Of a stretch of 64,000 bases of DNA, positions 14,998 to 28,157 are shown in pieces (position 1 is the first letter of the stretch; each line of letters opens with the position of its first letter). The translations under genes were made by a program, and so were the position numbers. Origin of the DNA: Octopus vulgaris (taxonomy: Eukaryota); NCBI GenBank assembly GCA_951406725.2, contig OX597824.1, positions 1,302,001 to 1,366,000 on the forward strand, given 5' to 3'. Below the pieces are notes generated by a model. It worked only from the letters and a program-made list of their open reading frames with translations, was not told where the DNA came from and did not search any database.

Positions 14998-15911
14998 TGT
15001 GTGTGTGTACCTGTGCATTTGTATATGTGGGATCGTGGGTATGTGTGGTTGTATTCATAAATTTCATTAGTAAAATGGCTATCTTTTTATCCTCTTCTGC
15101 CTCGCACATCCCACACCCTACCACATACACTTCAATTTTCCAGCGTAACCTAATGACCCCACCACACACACACTGTCTGTCTCACACAATACAAAATTCT
15201 ATTTCACTAACTACTACGCATACAAAATGGCCTTAATTAACCTTTAAGCAAAAAATATTTGTGCAAAATATATTTCTGTTCTGCCACTCCTTAAAATATC
15301 AGAATAATGTTTTTTCCTCTGTCTTTCGATTTTTGTTATTTATTTTTCTCATTTCTATTTGAGACACTTTACCGTAAACACGGAAATACTGACCTGAAAA
15401 AAAAAAAGAGAAAACAAAACAAAAGAGAAGCAGAAAAATGACAACGAAAGAACGAAAAAACAACAAAAAAAAGAAAATCCAATAAAATTTACTAGAAATT
15501 TTTGAACAAAGAGTGAATAACGACTGCGTAAATATTTACCCTACGTTAAGAAAAGAAGAAGCGAAAACCGAAACTGCTGCTGCCCAACACACTTTTCTCA
15601 TAGAAAACACTTCACAAGCTCCCGCCTGTAAAAAAACACAAAATCAGTAAAAAAGATATAAAAATGGAAATGAATCCACTAATAAATGTTTTCAGTCGAC
15701 ATTAGACGCACTTGGAAATCCTAGTGACAACGTATGAATACCACAGAGACTCCTCAATCCTTGTCTACTCCGATTATTCCCAGCGAAGAGGGAATCGCGT
15801 ATCATCGTAAAATACGAAACCTTCCAGTTCCCACAATAATTATTTACTTCAAAAACGAATGGACTCTATTGTTAAGAGTACGAAAGTACATCCCAATTAC
15901 TGCTACTTACC

Positions 15912-16027
<116 letters not shown>

Positions 16028-16399
16028 TTTACTTGTTCAGCCATTGGCCTGCAGCCTTTGAATCACCATCCGGAAAGGTTTCGTCGGTCAAATCGATCCC
16101 AGTAATTATTCTAAGCTCTGTCCGACTCTGTTTGCCGAACGACTAAGTTACGGGGAGATAAATAACTCTACACTGATCCTCAACTGAAGGGAGGATGACA
16201 CAGACACAAAGACGCGCACGCACACACACACGCACATACATACACACACGTACAAGCATGCACATATACACACGTACGTATGTTTGTGCTTGCATGTGAA
16301 TGTGTGTATGTATATGTGTATAACTCGGGACCTCCGTATGTCTTGTGAGACTGAGTACATTTCCTCTTGGACACTCCCATTACAACATGGGATATGGTT

Positions 16400-16885
16400 C
16401 TTGCATTTTGTTGAAACGCATGTCTTGGGTACGCAGAGGGTCCCAGGAAGTTTGTGCCAGAAGTGATTGTCAACATTTCAATCGGAAGATTTTTTCCATT
16501 AAAGATGCACATCGCTCTGGCACACCTAAAATAACAGCGGCAAAATGAACGACTAAATCGGCACCAATCCCCGTAATTGCTGTGATTGTAGACATTCTCC
16601 AAATATCCAAATAGATTGTCGAAAACCCATGAACTTGGTGACGTCAGCAGGTTCGATGTTCGGGTCCTCGATCAACGGATTTCTATCAGCGATTCCTTGC
16701 TGAAGCGTGATAAAAACCATTCTTATTTTTCAAAAAAATGGTTACCAAGGATGAAACATAGATTGTGTGTAACAATGTGAAGTGCAAACGGTCATTAGGA
16801 TAGCGTAGCAAACCACCACAAACAATCTCCAAAGCAGAACTTCACCTAAAGAAGGTTATGCTTACAATTTAATGGGACTGGAAGA
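16400..16885 (+). pseudogene. mariner transposase relic
   Basis: Broken frames: CQK...DFSIKDAHRSGTP (cf. DAPRSGRP), MVTKDET*IVCNNVKCKRS (cf. VTGDEKWI.YNN), AELHLKKVMLTI*WDWK. Confidence 0.8.
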
Positions 16886-18385
16886 CAGAAATAGATAGAC
16901 ATATATATATTCAGTTATAGCTGAAACATTATTTTCACGTTTCTTTAAATTACTTTTATAGTGTCAATGGATCATTTCAAATTATCTTAAATTATCTTTA
17001 TTTACTTGAAGAAAATCTAACGTCGATTTTTCTAATCTATATTCGCTCATGTACGAAAAAATGCTTTTTGTGGAAATAAAAGCAAAAATTATGTTAAAGC
17101 AGTGAACATATTATTTATTATTTATGTAATGTATTTTTCATTTATAACTTTCATACTTTTCGAAATTTTAATCAGTTCATCGTAATTATATCGATCTATT
17201 TATTAAGTAAAATGATCCTTAAAATCAATACACTTTCTCACTTACTCGGATAAGTTGCTGCTTAGATCAATTGCCATTTATATCAAATTTTCATTGAACA
17301 TTCAATCATTATCGTTTTCTTGTCTCTTTATGATTAAAATCTTTTGATGTTACCAGGAAAATAATGGAATCATGGCTTCATCCTGATGAAATTCCTCAAA
17401 TTTAATTCATCACGAATTATATTTATTTATATCGTCTGCAATTCATTGTGGAATTAATTTAATTGCTCTTTTGTGTCGTATGATTAATTGCTCTTTGATG
17501 TCTACAGTAAAAGGCAGGTTTTATTCATATTTATTTTTTAATATTATCCTGGCGCTTAATATTTGATTTAAAATAGAATAATATTTTTCCTCAATATTGC
17601 GGGGCGTGGAAAGGAGTTAGAGATAATTTCACCAGATGTTTCAAGTCAGATCACTGTTCTGAAAGAAATCTACTCCCAACACTCTCATTGAATTCAGACA
17701 TTTATCGTCTTAATAAATATACACTTCGATCTTTCTAGTAGGTTTATCGAACATAACAAAAAGTGCGTTGATCGGTAACGGTCTGTGCAACCACGAAGCA
17801 CAAGGAAAGTCTTTAAGAATTAATGCCATGGGGGACTATTGGGGATGCGAAGAGAGACGAAACTGTGCTGCATACAACGTGTCCGAGTGTTACTAACTGG
17901 TGGAATTGTCGTTCAGGTGTTATCGTAAAATTCATTCTGTAAATCGTTTTCTTTAAACGATAGGGTAGACAACTTTCCTCTGTTAGATGTGGAGAGTAAG
18001 AGAGGCTGTGTAGTGTTTGCAGTGGAAAAGACTGAAAATGGGAACATTCCACGCCAGCCAAGAGCTCCTCCAAGTAAATCTTTACTATTTCTACTGGGAA
18101 TGGACGGTGGCAGTGGAATGGTTGTTGTCGCCTTCAATGATTGTCAAAAGGTAGGTGAAAACGCTAAGAGAAAACAACTGCTCAGAGAAGATACTTTCCT
18201 TGTTAGTCAGTGTCGTCTTGGATCTGCGGTTCTCCCAGATTAGCCTACGTTGGAGATTGTCCTGGATCAGGAGGAATGTATCCAGGAATTTCTATACAAT
18301 GGATAGCTTTTTATTTTATTTTCGTCCTCAGCCAGTTTTACGTGATTTCCCTACATTATCTGTTACTCCTTATTTCTAGTGGTCC

Positions 18386-20090
18386 TTTCAAGCTGTTTTT
18401 GGACCAATCAACACTGGGAAGGTTGAAGTCGCCCATCATTAATATGTTGTCAGCATGACACCGATGGATGAAACACTTAATACTGTTGAGGTATTCCTTG
18501 AAGCGTAGAAAAGGAGTTAAGGGTGGTCTATAGAGCCCAACTACTGGGAAAGAAAATGATCAGGAATGTAGCCTGCATCAAGTGAGTTTCTCCAGAGCTC
18601 AGTTAGAAGGGGTGCAATTTGATGTCTTATCGGGACCTACTACCGAATTGTGCTTGATCTTATCTATTTCTCTTAGGATATCAGGAGCACCAAACGTTAT
18701 GTCAGATATGGTTAGCTGAGGGTTTATATCACTGATACTAGCCAGATCAACCGCATTAGCGTTACTGAAGACAGAGCAGTATTGTCTCTGCAGTATCCCG
18801 CACATGCATTTTGCATCATCATGTAGAGTTTTGTTCTGATCAACCAGAGGACCAACAGTGGAAACAGCATCTTTATGTTTTTTTTTGCAAATGAAAAGAA
18901 CATTTTGGGATTGAGCTTTATTTTCTCAATGGCCCAAACTCTCCTCAGCTACTCTTTGTCTGTTAAGGATGGTCATCAGACTTTTTGGGAGGTCGTGATT
19001 TTTCGTTTCGAGTGATGCAATGGCAGTCAAAATGGTGCGTTGCTGCTGACAGTATTTAAGTTGGTTGATTTTCTTGTTACTTCTTTTATTTTTCTGATAA
19101 TTGCTCTTCTATTTCTAGAGATTCTGCACTTAGATTTGTATACTGATCTTATTGGAGTATGTTTTGTGCAAATATTTGTCACAGTATCTACAAATGTCTG
19201 CCACGATGTGTTTATGTTGGTGGATGGGGTGCGTGCATGAAGGCACAATCAACTTGTGAAAGATCACGATTGATCGCATTCCAGTCTGCGTTATTAAAAT
19301 TAATAGTGTCAAATGGATGAGTTGGAGAGATGTCACTGGATTTGATTTTTGGATGGTAGAATCTCAGATCGCAGAGAACTATGTTATGGTCTGAGAGTAG
19401 TGGTGTTTTTGCCACTGCAATATTGAGGATAGTGTCAGTGAGGTTTCTAAACAATAGGTGTAAGATGTTTTTGTCACACTTTGTTGATTCATGAACAAGT
19501 TGGGTCAGGAAAAACTCCTCCATGAAATCAAAAAGCAATTCGAGTGCTTCCTTATCAGGGATTGGGGTGGAAAAAATTAGTTTCAAGCTGTTTTTGGACC
19601 AATCAACACTGGGAAGGTTGAAGTCGCCCATCATTAATATGTTGTCAGCATGACACTGATGGATGAAACACTTAATGCTGCTGAGGTATTCCTTGAAGCA
19701 TAGAAAATGAGTTAGGGGTGGCCTATAGAACCCAACTACTATTAAATTGTTGGATTTACTATACATAGAAGCTGCTTCGTAGTAGCCATTGGTAAACACG
19801 TCCATTGCTTCAGCCGAAAAAGAATCATGCATGAAAATGGCGGTCCCACCCTTTCTTCTGCCGACACGATCTTCCCGGATGGCTGTAAAATTCTTCATTC
19901 ACACCTTAGCTTCCAAGTGGAGGCTATTGAGGACGAAAAAAGAGATATGGTGTGGATGGTCATTGACCCAGTCCTTAATAAATTGGATTTTCCATTTTTA
20001 GGCATTGGTAGAAGGGCTGATGTTTTGTGCATTGAGCAAAAATGTTGAGGCGATTGTGGTGACTGATTTTGACTGTTTTGGTGATTTGCT
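18386..20090 (-). mobile_element. CR1/L2-group LINE ORF2 5' part (APE endonuclease plus linker), disrupted, with 160-bp internal duplication
   Basis: ORF 19212-19898: REDRVGRRKGGTAIF, VGFYRPP, MGDFNLP.VDW, SDHNIV. Downstream linker QYCSVFS...GPDK. Confidence 0.9.
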
Positions 20091-20212
20091 TGTTAATGGC
20101 AAATAACAGAAAGAAATACATAAATGATCACAGACAAAATTAAATCAATTCCCATATGACATAATTCAGTTTGTATACACATATATATATAGATGTATAT
20201 GTGTCTGTGTGC

Positions 20213-20273
<61 letters not shown>

Positions 20274-20399
20274 ATATAGACGTACGTATGTACGTATGTA
20301 TATATATATATATGTATGTATAGAACTTAGTTAACTTAGATAATTTGGATATATTTCTGCTAAAGAATGGCCCATGCCATGTCTAGCTTAATAACACCA

Positions 20400-21135
20400 C
20401 TTGATAGGATCTGTTAAGTTATTTTCAAGTCAAGTTTTGTAATATCCTGGCCCATTCAAGTAGGGGATCGTTGCTGATTGACGTGTTTTCAGGTATAATT
20501 GGCTTATCTGGTATCCCTTGAAGAAACCCGTCCAGGTTTCGTTTGATGGTGATGAGATTTTTTTCTTCTTTGGTTTCTTTTGGGACCATGTTAAATAGAG
20601 CAGAGCCTGCTGAGGAAACGAAATTGCTATGCGGTGCGGTGACCCTGAATTGTGTAGGAGACGTATGGCACGTGGCCCCCAGCTTTGGATGGATTCTGAA
20701 TCTAATGTAAAGTTCGTTTGGGCGGTTCTGGTGGTATATTCTCTACATTGTGCAAAGGATGCGGTGCTCACGGCGGTGCTGGGGAGAATAAAGTTTCAAT
20801 GTTTTAAGGTGGTCCCAACAATCAAGATCAGTCGTCCCCTTAATTATTTTAGTGAATACTCTCTGGGGTGACTCAATTCTCCTAACGTTTTGTGTTATGC
20901 GAAGAGAACACAGGATCGGCAATATTCTAAGTGTGTTCGTACAAAGGAATTGAAGATAGAAATGATCTTGTCTGAACCAAAATGTTATGAGGGTCCAGGA
21001 GCTCATCCTACGAGCTTTATCGACTTTGTTGTTCATGTGTCCACTTTCCCCGAACAAAGTGAATATGGTTGTTTGAGAGTAGTCTTTTATTCCAAGAAAT
21101 ATAACATCGCTAAAACAGCATGGATAAACTAATTT
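20400..21135 (-). mobile_element. CR1-type LINE 3' end, decayed
   Basis: KARRMSSW...IESPQRVFTKIIKG..DLDCWDHLKTLKLYSPQHRRE. Confidence 0.85.
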
Positions 21136-21562
21136 CATTCAAAACTTTACATATTAATTATATTTGGAAATACCAAGCACAAATAACGCTTAAATACGTC
21201 ATATATGATTTATGTTCAGGTGTGTTATCTAAATCCTATATTTAAATATCTCATCTATAACATTTGTTCTTCCCGACAATTACATGGATTTTAGAGCCTG
21301 TTATATACCAGAATCTTACAAATATAAAGGGCATTTATTTCTATTTGTAACATGTTGAAAAGATCAAACCGATACAAATGTATATTTATTAGGATGATAA
21401 TCATAGCAAGTCACGGAGAATATCAGAAGTATATTTCGCAGCAATAAACTGATAGAAAGCATCTGAAGAGAATGTGGCATTTGCTTCATCTCCAAGACTT
21501 GCGATACAAATTGGGATGAATATAACGGTGGAATGTATGGCTGATGCCGATTATCTGATTGT

Positions 21563-21661
<99 letters not shown>

Positions 21662-21662
21662 A

Positions 21663-21697
<35 letters not shown>

Positions 21698-21706
21698 AAC
21701 ACATAA

Positions 21707-21746
<40 letters not shown>

Positions 21747-21753
21747 ACACTAA

Positions 21754-21790
<37 letters not shown>

Positions 21791-21893
21791 GTTATTTCTA
21801 ACAATGTATGCATTTCCTAACACCATAGTAACATTTAGTGACATTTTTAATTCTCCCATTTGGTGAATCATTGCAAACTGCTGTTTATGGTAA

Positions 21894-21952
<59 letters not shown>

Positions 21953-21959
21953 CAATTTG

Positions 21960-22080
21960 ACGTATTTTTAAATACAAACACATTACCGAAAAATGATGAG
22001 CTAACCCCAGCAAGAATCGAACCCACAAATCAACACTAAGATGGCTCCTTACGCCATCCGATTGGGCCAAACGCTCACCC
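21960..22080 (-). mobile_element. tRNA-derived SINE head in (TA)n
   Basis: Minus strand TGGCCCAATCGG (A-box-like) and GGGTTCGATTC (B box); no clean cloverleaf. Confidence 0.5.
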
Positions 22081-22186
22081 ATCAATTTCAGCCAAATTTA
22101 ATGAATATATACGATGAGTCTTCCATTCTAGCTTTCTCTCTATAACTCGGAAATCTTTTCTGCTTTGTTTACAAATATTATATGTA

Positions 22187-22228
<42 letters not shown>

Positions 22229-22328
22229 GTTTTTATATATATGTATGTATTTATGTATGTATGTATTTATGTATGTATGTATGTATATATATATATATAT
22301 ATATATACATACATATATACATACATAT

Positions 22329-22395
<67 letters not shown>

Positions 22396-22764
22396 AGTGT
22401 GTGCCTGTATATATGTACTTATCAACAATTATGTGTCAGATTACAATGCATTTTAATTCCATTTACGACTGAAAACTTTGCCTAGAACACCGAGTTTTTA
22501 TTCTCCATGGAATATCATTTCACTTTGGTGGATTGGGTTAATTAATAGTTAAGTGGTTTGGTCATAGAAACCGCCGCATCGGTGATGGTATACAAATTAT
22601 TGTCCCCTGACATGGGTTTCATTAATAGTCTCGCCCAGTTGCAAACTTCGTTAAATTAGATGAAAACCAAAGGTGATCTTTCAGACCTCCAACATTTTCC
22701 TGTCTTTTTCGTTCAATTATATATATTATATATGTGTGTGTGTATGTGCGTGTGTGTATGTACA

Positions 22765-22865
<101 letters not shown>

Positions 22866-23358
22866 CTCTATATATTCTATTTTATTGTATTTTAATTTAA
22901 TTTTTATTTATATTTCACATTTTTATTTTTATTTTATTTTATTCTTCATTATATTCAAATTAGCTCTCACACACATATAAACTAAAAAATTAAATGTTAA
23001 AAATTAAAAAAACTTTTCCATATATTTAGACTGCTGAAAATTTTAAATTTTTAATGATTCTTATTTCCCCGATGACATTTTATTCATAACTTATAAATGC
23101 AGATTTATTGCATAAATTTATAATTTATTGAATGGGTACAAATTGATACAATTGTAGGAATGGATGATTATCAATATATTAATAAATAAGTATTAACCTT
23201 TAACTCTCCATTTTCTTTTCTTAGTTGAATATAGATCCTATGCTTAATATAGACGTATTGATTTCGGAACATTTATTTCCCAAAGATATAAGGTATTGAA
23301 CCAGTGTATTCTTGGATGTAATCATCCCTTTAAGAGTTCAATAAACCTCTAATAACTT

Positions 23359-23491
<133 letters not shown>

Positions 23492-23544
23492 TCAATACAT
23501 GTGTATATTTAGGGCTAAAAAATCCACTAGGTGGATTGCCATAT

Positions 23545-23675
23545 GCGAATAAATTACTTACGTAGTTCTTCGTCCGTAGATTCATCAGTACGATCGTTCC
23601 ACATTCAATATAATTTGTAAAACTAAACACTAGTTTTCTATATAAAACCCGGACACATGCTTAGTTTTACCGATT
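23545..23675 (-). mobile_element. Decayed partial copy of the hammerhead-bearing element at 25787-26164
   Basis: Shares AATTACTTAC...GTCCGT...TCATCAGTAC.ATCGTT...GACAC.TG.TTAGTTTTACCGATT. Confidence 0.65.
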
Positions 23676-23959
23676 ATATATATAACACATTTGCGGCATC
23701 TTGTTAGGTGAGAGTAACATGCACACCCAAGCAATGTTAAGTGAATATGAAACTCGAACTAGAAGTGTGGCCACGTGATATTCTTGCAATGTATGCATAT
23801 AATATGACCCAGTTTAATGAAGAGATCCGCTCTTTGTTATTCAGTCATGTACTTTATATTAAAATACTATCTGTAAAATTTCCGAAGCACCAGGATAGGT
23901 GAATAAAGCATAAATGCGTAACAAAGAGGCACAGGTGAAAATTCCTTACGGCCGTTTCA

Positions 23960-24829
23960 AGCGATCTATCAAGGTGCTTGAAAAAGTGGTAGTCGGTTGG
24001 AGAAAAGTCTGGTGAATAAGCTGACTGGGGAAGAACTTTGTAGCCAAGTTCCCTCACCTTCTGGAGTGTCATTAGGCAAACTTGTGGTTAAGCATTGTCC
24101 TGAAGATTGATTGGCCCTTTTCTGTTGACCAGTCTGAAATGGAGGAGTAGCAATTTTTCGTTCATTTTGTCAATTTCATAACAGTATGTTTCCTCAGTAA
24201 TGGTTTTTCCGGGTTTTAAGAAGTTATAGTGGATGTGTCCAGCATTATACCACCAAACAATCACTGCAATCTTCTTTTTCAAGAGCTCGGGGTTAAGGAA
24301 GGTTTTTGGTGCTTTATTTTGGTCCAACCACTGCGAAGAACGCTTTTTATGATTGTACAGAATCCACTTTTTATTGCAATTTACAATACGGTTGAAAAAT
24401 GGGTTGATCTGGTTACAGAGAAGAAGCGATGAGCAAATTGCATATCTGCGCATTTTCTGATTATCATTCAAATCGTGTGGTACACATTTGTCAAGCTTTT
24501 CTGATTTTCCGATCGCATGCAAATGATTGCAAACAGCTCTGGCTAACTTGAAGTTATTTTGCCAGTTCTGGAGTGATTTTACGTGGATCTTTCTCAATGA
24601 CAGTTTTCAATTGACCGTCAACGATGACAGATGGGCGTCCAATACGCTCACAATCTTCAAGGCTCAGGTCGGCACTGCGAAATCGTTTAAAACATTTTCG
24701 AAATGACCACTCACTGGTCATTTCCTCACCAAATCTTTTGTTAATATCGCGAGCAGTTTCAACTGCTTTACGTCCTCTTTTAAAGTTGAATAGTAAAATC
24801 GCTCGAATATCGCTCTTTGACAGTTCCAT
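23960..24829 (-). pseudogene. mariner transposase pseudogene (cecropia/Hsmar1-like), near full length
   Basis: MELSKSDIRAILLFNFKRGRKAVETARDIN...KCVPHDLN (WVPHEL)...QDNA*P...SAYSPDFSPTDYHFFKHLD (YSPDLAP.DY); stops and a frameshift. Confidence 0.92.
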
Positions 24830-25118
24830 TTCAGATGATTCTAAGAACGGTGAAAAAAATATCAATGTTAATTTATTGATGCATTTGGGAAAGACAATTG
24901 CAAAAAAAAAACTCTGCAAAAACCGGGTACAAATTCTTCATGGTTCAAAATGTTGCTTACTTTTTATTTAACCTGATAGAACATACGGAAGGCTGAGAAA
25001 CGGAAAACGAAAATGGAAAACGGAAAAGTAGAAGTTAAAAAATAAAAGCGATAAAAAGATGGAGTACTCTCTTTATTGATCTTACCATCACGGAACAGTA
25101 CATCGTATATATATATAC

Positions 25119-25197
<79 letters not shown>

Positions 25198-25528
25198 CAA
25201 AGACCCACACGCATACACACATACGGACGTACATGTAGCACCACGCACACACAACACACACATACAAACTCATACTAGCCATGTTCACACACTCTTGTCA
25301 CCACCCAAAAAACCCTTTCTCTATCTCTTTCTACTTCCGGCCACTCAAGCAATGTAACTACACATGTGCCGTTGGCGATTTCTTTTCCTTCTTCGAACTT
25401 TCCCCTTTGTCTTTTTCGACGAACAGCAATACTCGAATCGTCAAACTCTCTCCTTGCACCGAACTTCAAACTATTACCTCCATGTTGTCCGTTTTCATTC
25501 GTTTATTTGAATTGGTTTTTATTGGAAT

Positions 25529-25673
<145 letters not shown>

Positions 25674-25786
25674 TTAAAATTTAAATAATGAGGGAGATAA
25701 ATTAATATTAATTTTAATATCAATTTAAAACCAGTAGTCCAGCATACAAAAAATCTGAGAAATCAGAGAAAGTTCTAATATATGTG

Positions 25787-26159
25787 TATATTGGCAGGGC
25801 AAGACTGCTAGGTAGTCGGCCGTATGCTAGAAATAGATCATCAACGATCAAACTACAAAGAAAGTTCTCTAGAGGAAAAATTCAGCGAACACCAGAACCA
25901 AATTTGGCGGGCAGGACAGATGAAAATTTATATAAAAAACAGAATTAATTGCATACCTCGGTTTCGGCCTTTAACAAAAGAATTACTTACATAATTCAAA
26001 TGTCCGTGGCCTCATCAGTACAATCGTTCAGTGTAAATACAATTTGAAAAACTAACCCCAGCTTTCTGTGCCAAAATAGACACGTGTTTAGTTTTACCGA
26101 TTATCGTTGATGATCTATTTCTAGCATACGGCCGACTACCTAGCAGTCTTGCCCTGCCA

Positions 26160-26164
<5 letters not shown>
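25787..26164. mobile_element. Non-autonomous element with perfect 62-bp terminal inverted repeats in TA-rich microsatellite (Penelope-like inverted pLTR or MITE-like)
   Basis: 25787-25848 is the exact reverse complement of 26103-26164. Confidence 0.8.
25948..26024 (-). ncRNA. Minimal type I hammerhead ribozyme motif
   Basis: Minus strand: ATTGTA-CTGATGA-GGCC[long loop]GGCC-GAAA-CCGAGG-TA-TGCAAT. Intact core, stem I ATTGTA/TGCAAT, short stem III, GUA cleavage triplet. Confidence 0.75.
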
Positions 26165-26193
<29 letters not shown>

Positions 26194-26404
26194 ACATAAC
26201 CACATACATACATACATACATACATACATACATACATACATACATACATACATAGTTATTCACACACACACACAGATTTATATATGTGCATGTTTATGTG
26301 TATGTGTGTGTATGTATATGTATATATACATACATGCACCTGCTGTGCTGCTTTAGACTTCAAAGGCCATATATTTAGCGGTTACGAATAGCTGTACTAA
26401 TATT

Positions 26405-26670
26405 TACTGGAGCTATTAGGAACGGACATAAATTAATATTTGTTATATTGCTATCTGCAGTTGAGATTATGTAAATACATATATTAATATTTACTTCAGC
26501 GGTGTCTGGGAGAGAGATTAGGAATTTGCATATATAAATATTTAATGTATTCGTAAATGCAGGAAATACTAGTAACTTGCATAAATTATTACATTATTTT
26601 CTCCTGAGGAGACGGAAATTAGGAAATCGCATATGTTACTATATTCGTGTTTGCTATGGAGATTAGGAGC
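26405..26670. repeat. Degenerate ~51-bp tandem repeat, 6 units
   Basis: ATTAGG-like anchors at 26415, 26466, 26517, 26568, 26618 and 26662, mostly followed by ...CATA.ATTAATATTT-like sequence. Confidence 0.65.
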
Positions 26671-27312
26671 TTACTTCTACACGACATAATTCGTTTAACA
26701 AAGAGAAGAAAGTTCTAGTTCCATCAGTTGCGGGAAGGATTATTCTAGCATCAGAATATTTGAAGTGTTTTATTGTTGACATCATGGGAATTCATAAACT
26801 ACCCAGAGAACGTGAAATAATTCCATTTTGAAACAATGGATAACGAAGCTCAAAGAGCTATAAATAACATGTGGATATTGTGTTGAAAGACCCCTTCCGG
26901 TACAAAAATTTCAAGGCTGCCCTCTGTTCTAAAACCCACATCTCCGGTAGACATAAAAATCATTCATCCATTGGACCAAAGCGATTCTTCAAATTTCTCT
27001 CTCCATTTTAGAAACTTTATTCTTACCTGAATTGCATGTTGTCGACATTTATAAAGGATTTAGAAACTTTCGACAGAATTGAAATAATTCTTTTTTGGGA
27101 ATAGTGGATCTCGAAGAACTTTAATTGTATTTCTCTTGCCTGCATAATAATTTAATCATTGGTAAGGGAATTTTCCGTCATGCTTTTGATAGGAAAGACC
27201 GACACACGAGAATGATGAGTAGACATGCTTGAAACAATAAGTATCCCACTGAAGGCAATGATGGGCCCTGTGTTTATACTCAACTGGAGCAAATCATTAA
27301 TCACTTTGTTTG

Positions 27313-27625
27313 CTGGGTGGTAAGAAGCTTGTTTCTCAATCACATGGTTCCTGTTTCAGTCCCACTGCATGGCACCTTGCACAGGTGTCTTCTACTATAG
27401 CCTCGGGCCGACCAAAGCCTTGTGAGTAGATTTGGTAGATTGACGATTGACGAGCGGTGTTGGTGTGTTTGTCTCCGTAACCTAGCGGTTCGACAAAAGA
27501 CCAATAGTATAAGTACTAAGATTAAAAAAGTCCTGGGGTCGATTTGTTAGTCTAAAATACTCTTTAAGGCCTTAACCCAACTTTACCGCAGTCAAATGAT
27601 TGACAAGGAGAGGAAAGAATAAAAG
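27313..27625 (+). mobile_element. OR-type CORE-SINE with internal deletion
   Basis: GTGGTAAGAAGCTTG...GGCACCTTGCACAGGTGTCTTCTACTATAGCCTCGGGCCGACCAAAGCC. Confidence 0.8.
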
Positions 27626-27658
27626 AATACACTCACACACACACACACAGGTGATATG

Positions 27659-27714
<56 letters not shown>

Positions 27715-27833
27715 ATATATACATCCATATACATGGTTATTTTTCTTTCATCTCCAATCTATTCACTCTTTCATCTCTCATGCAGTTTATTTTATTCCAC
27801 ACACATACACACTTATATATTTATGCTCATATG

Positions 27834-27872
<39 letters not shown>

Positions 27873-28106
27873 ATACATATAAATCTAGAGTTATACATAT
27901 ATATAAATGTACATACTACCTGAACAAGCACACATCAACTGCCATACACAACACACAAACACATATACACGTTAGTCTCACTCGCCTCATTCACACAACA
28001 TACACACTCACAAACACCATTCTCGCAAACACGCACATGCTTGCCCACATTAGTTCGCAGGGGTCATCATTACCTATTCTTCTTCTTCTTCTTCTTCTTC
28101 TTCTTT

Positions 28107-28137
<31 letters not shown>

Positions 28138-28157
28138 TTATTATTATTATTATTATT

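Noticed and set aside
17375-17400. Other CTGATGA hits (17383, 32100, 45210, 54002) as hammerheads
   Set aside because: No stem II followed by GAAA and no closing stem I.
25325-25490. Promoter or first exon (ETS motif CCGGAAGT; AACATGGAG|GTAATA on minus)
   Set aside because: Isolated short motifs between microsatellites, expected by chance.
26405-26670. CRISPR array
   Set aside because: Repeats are highly degenerate, spacers are only ~20 bp, there are no cas genes, and the context is eukaryotic.
27027-27139. 113-nt minus-strand exon with CAG|GTAAGA donor
   Set aside because: Acceptor lacks a pyrimidine tract and the peptide is not recognisable.
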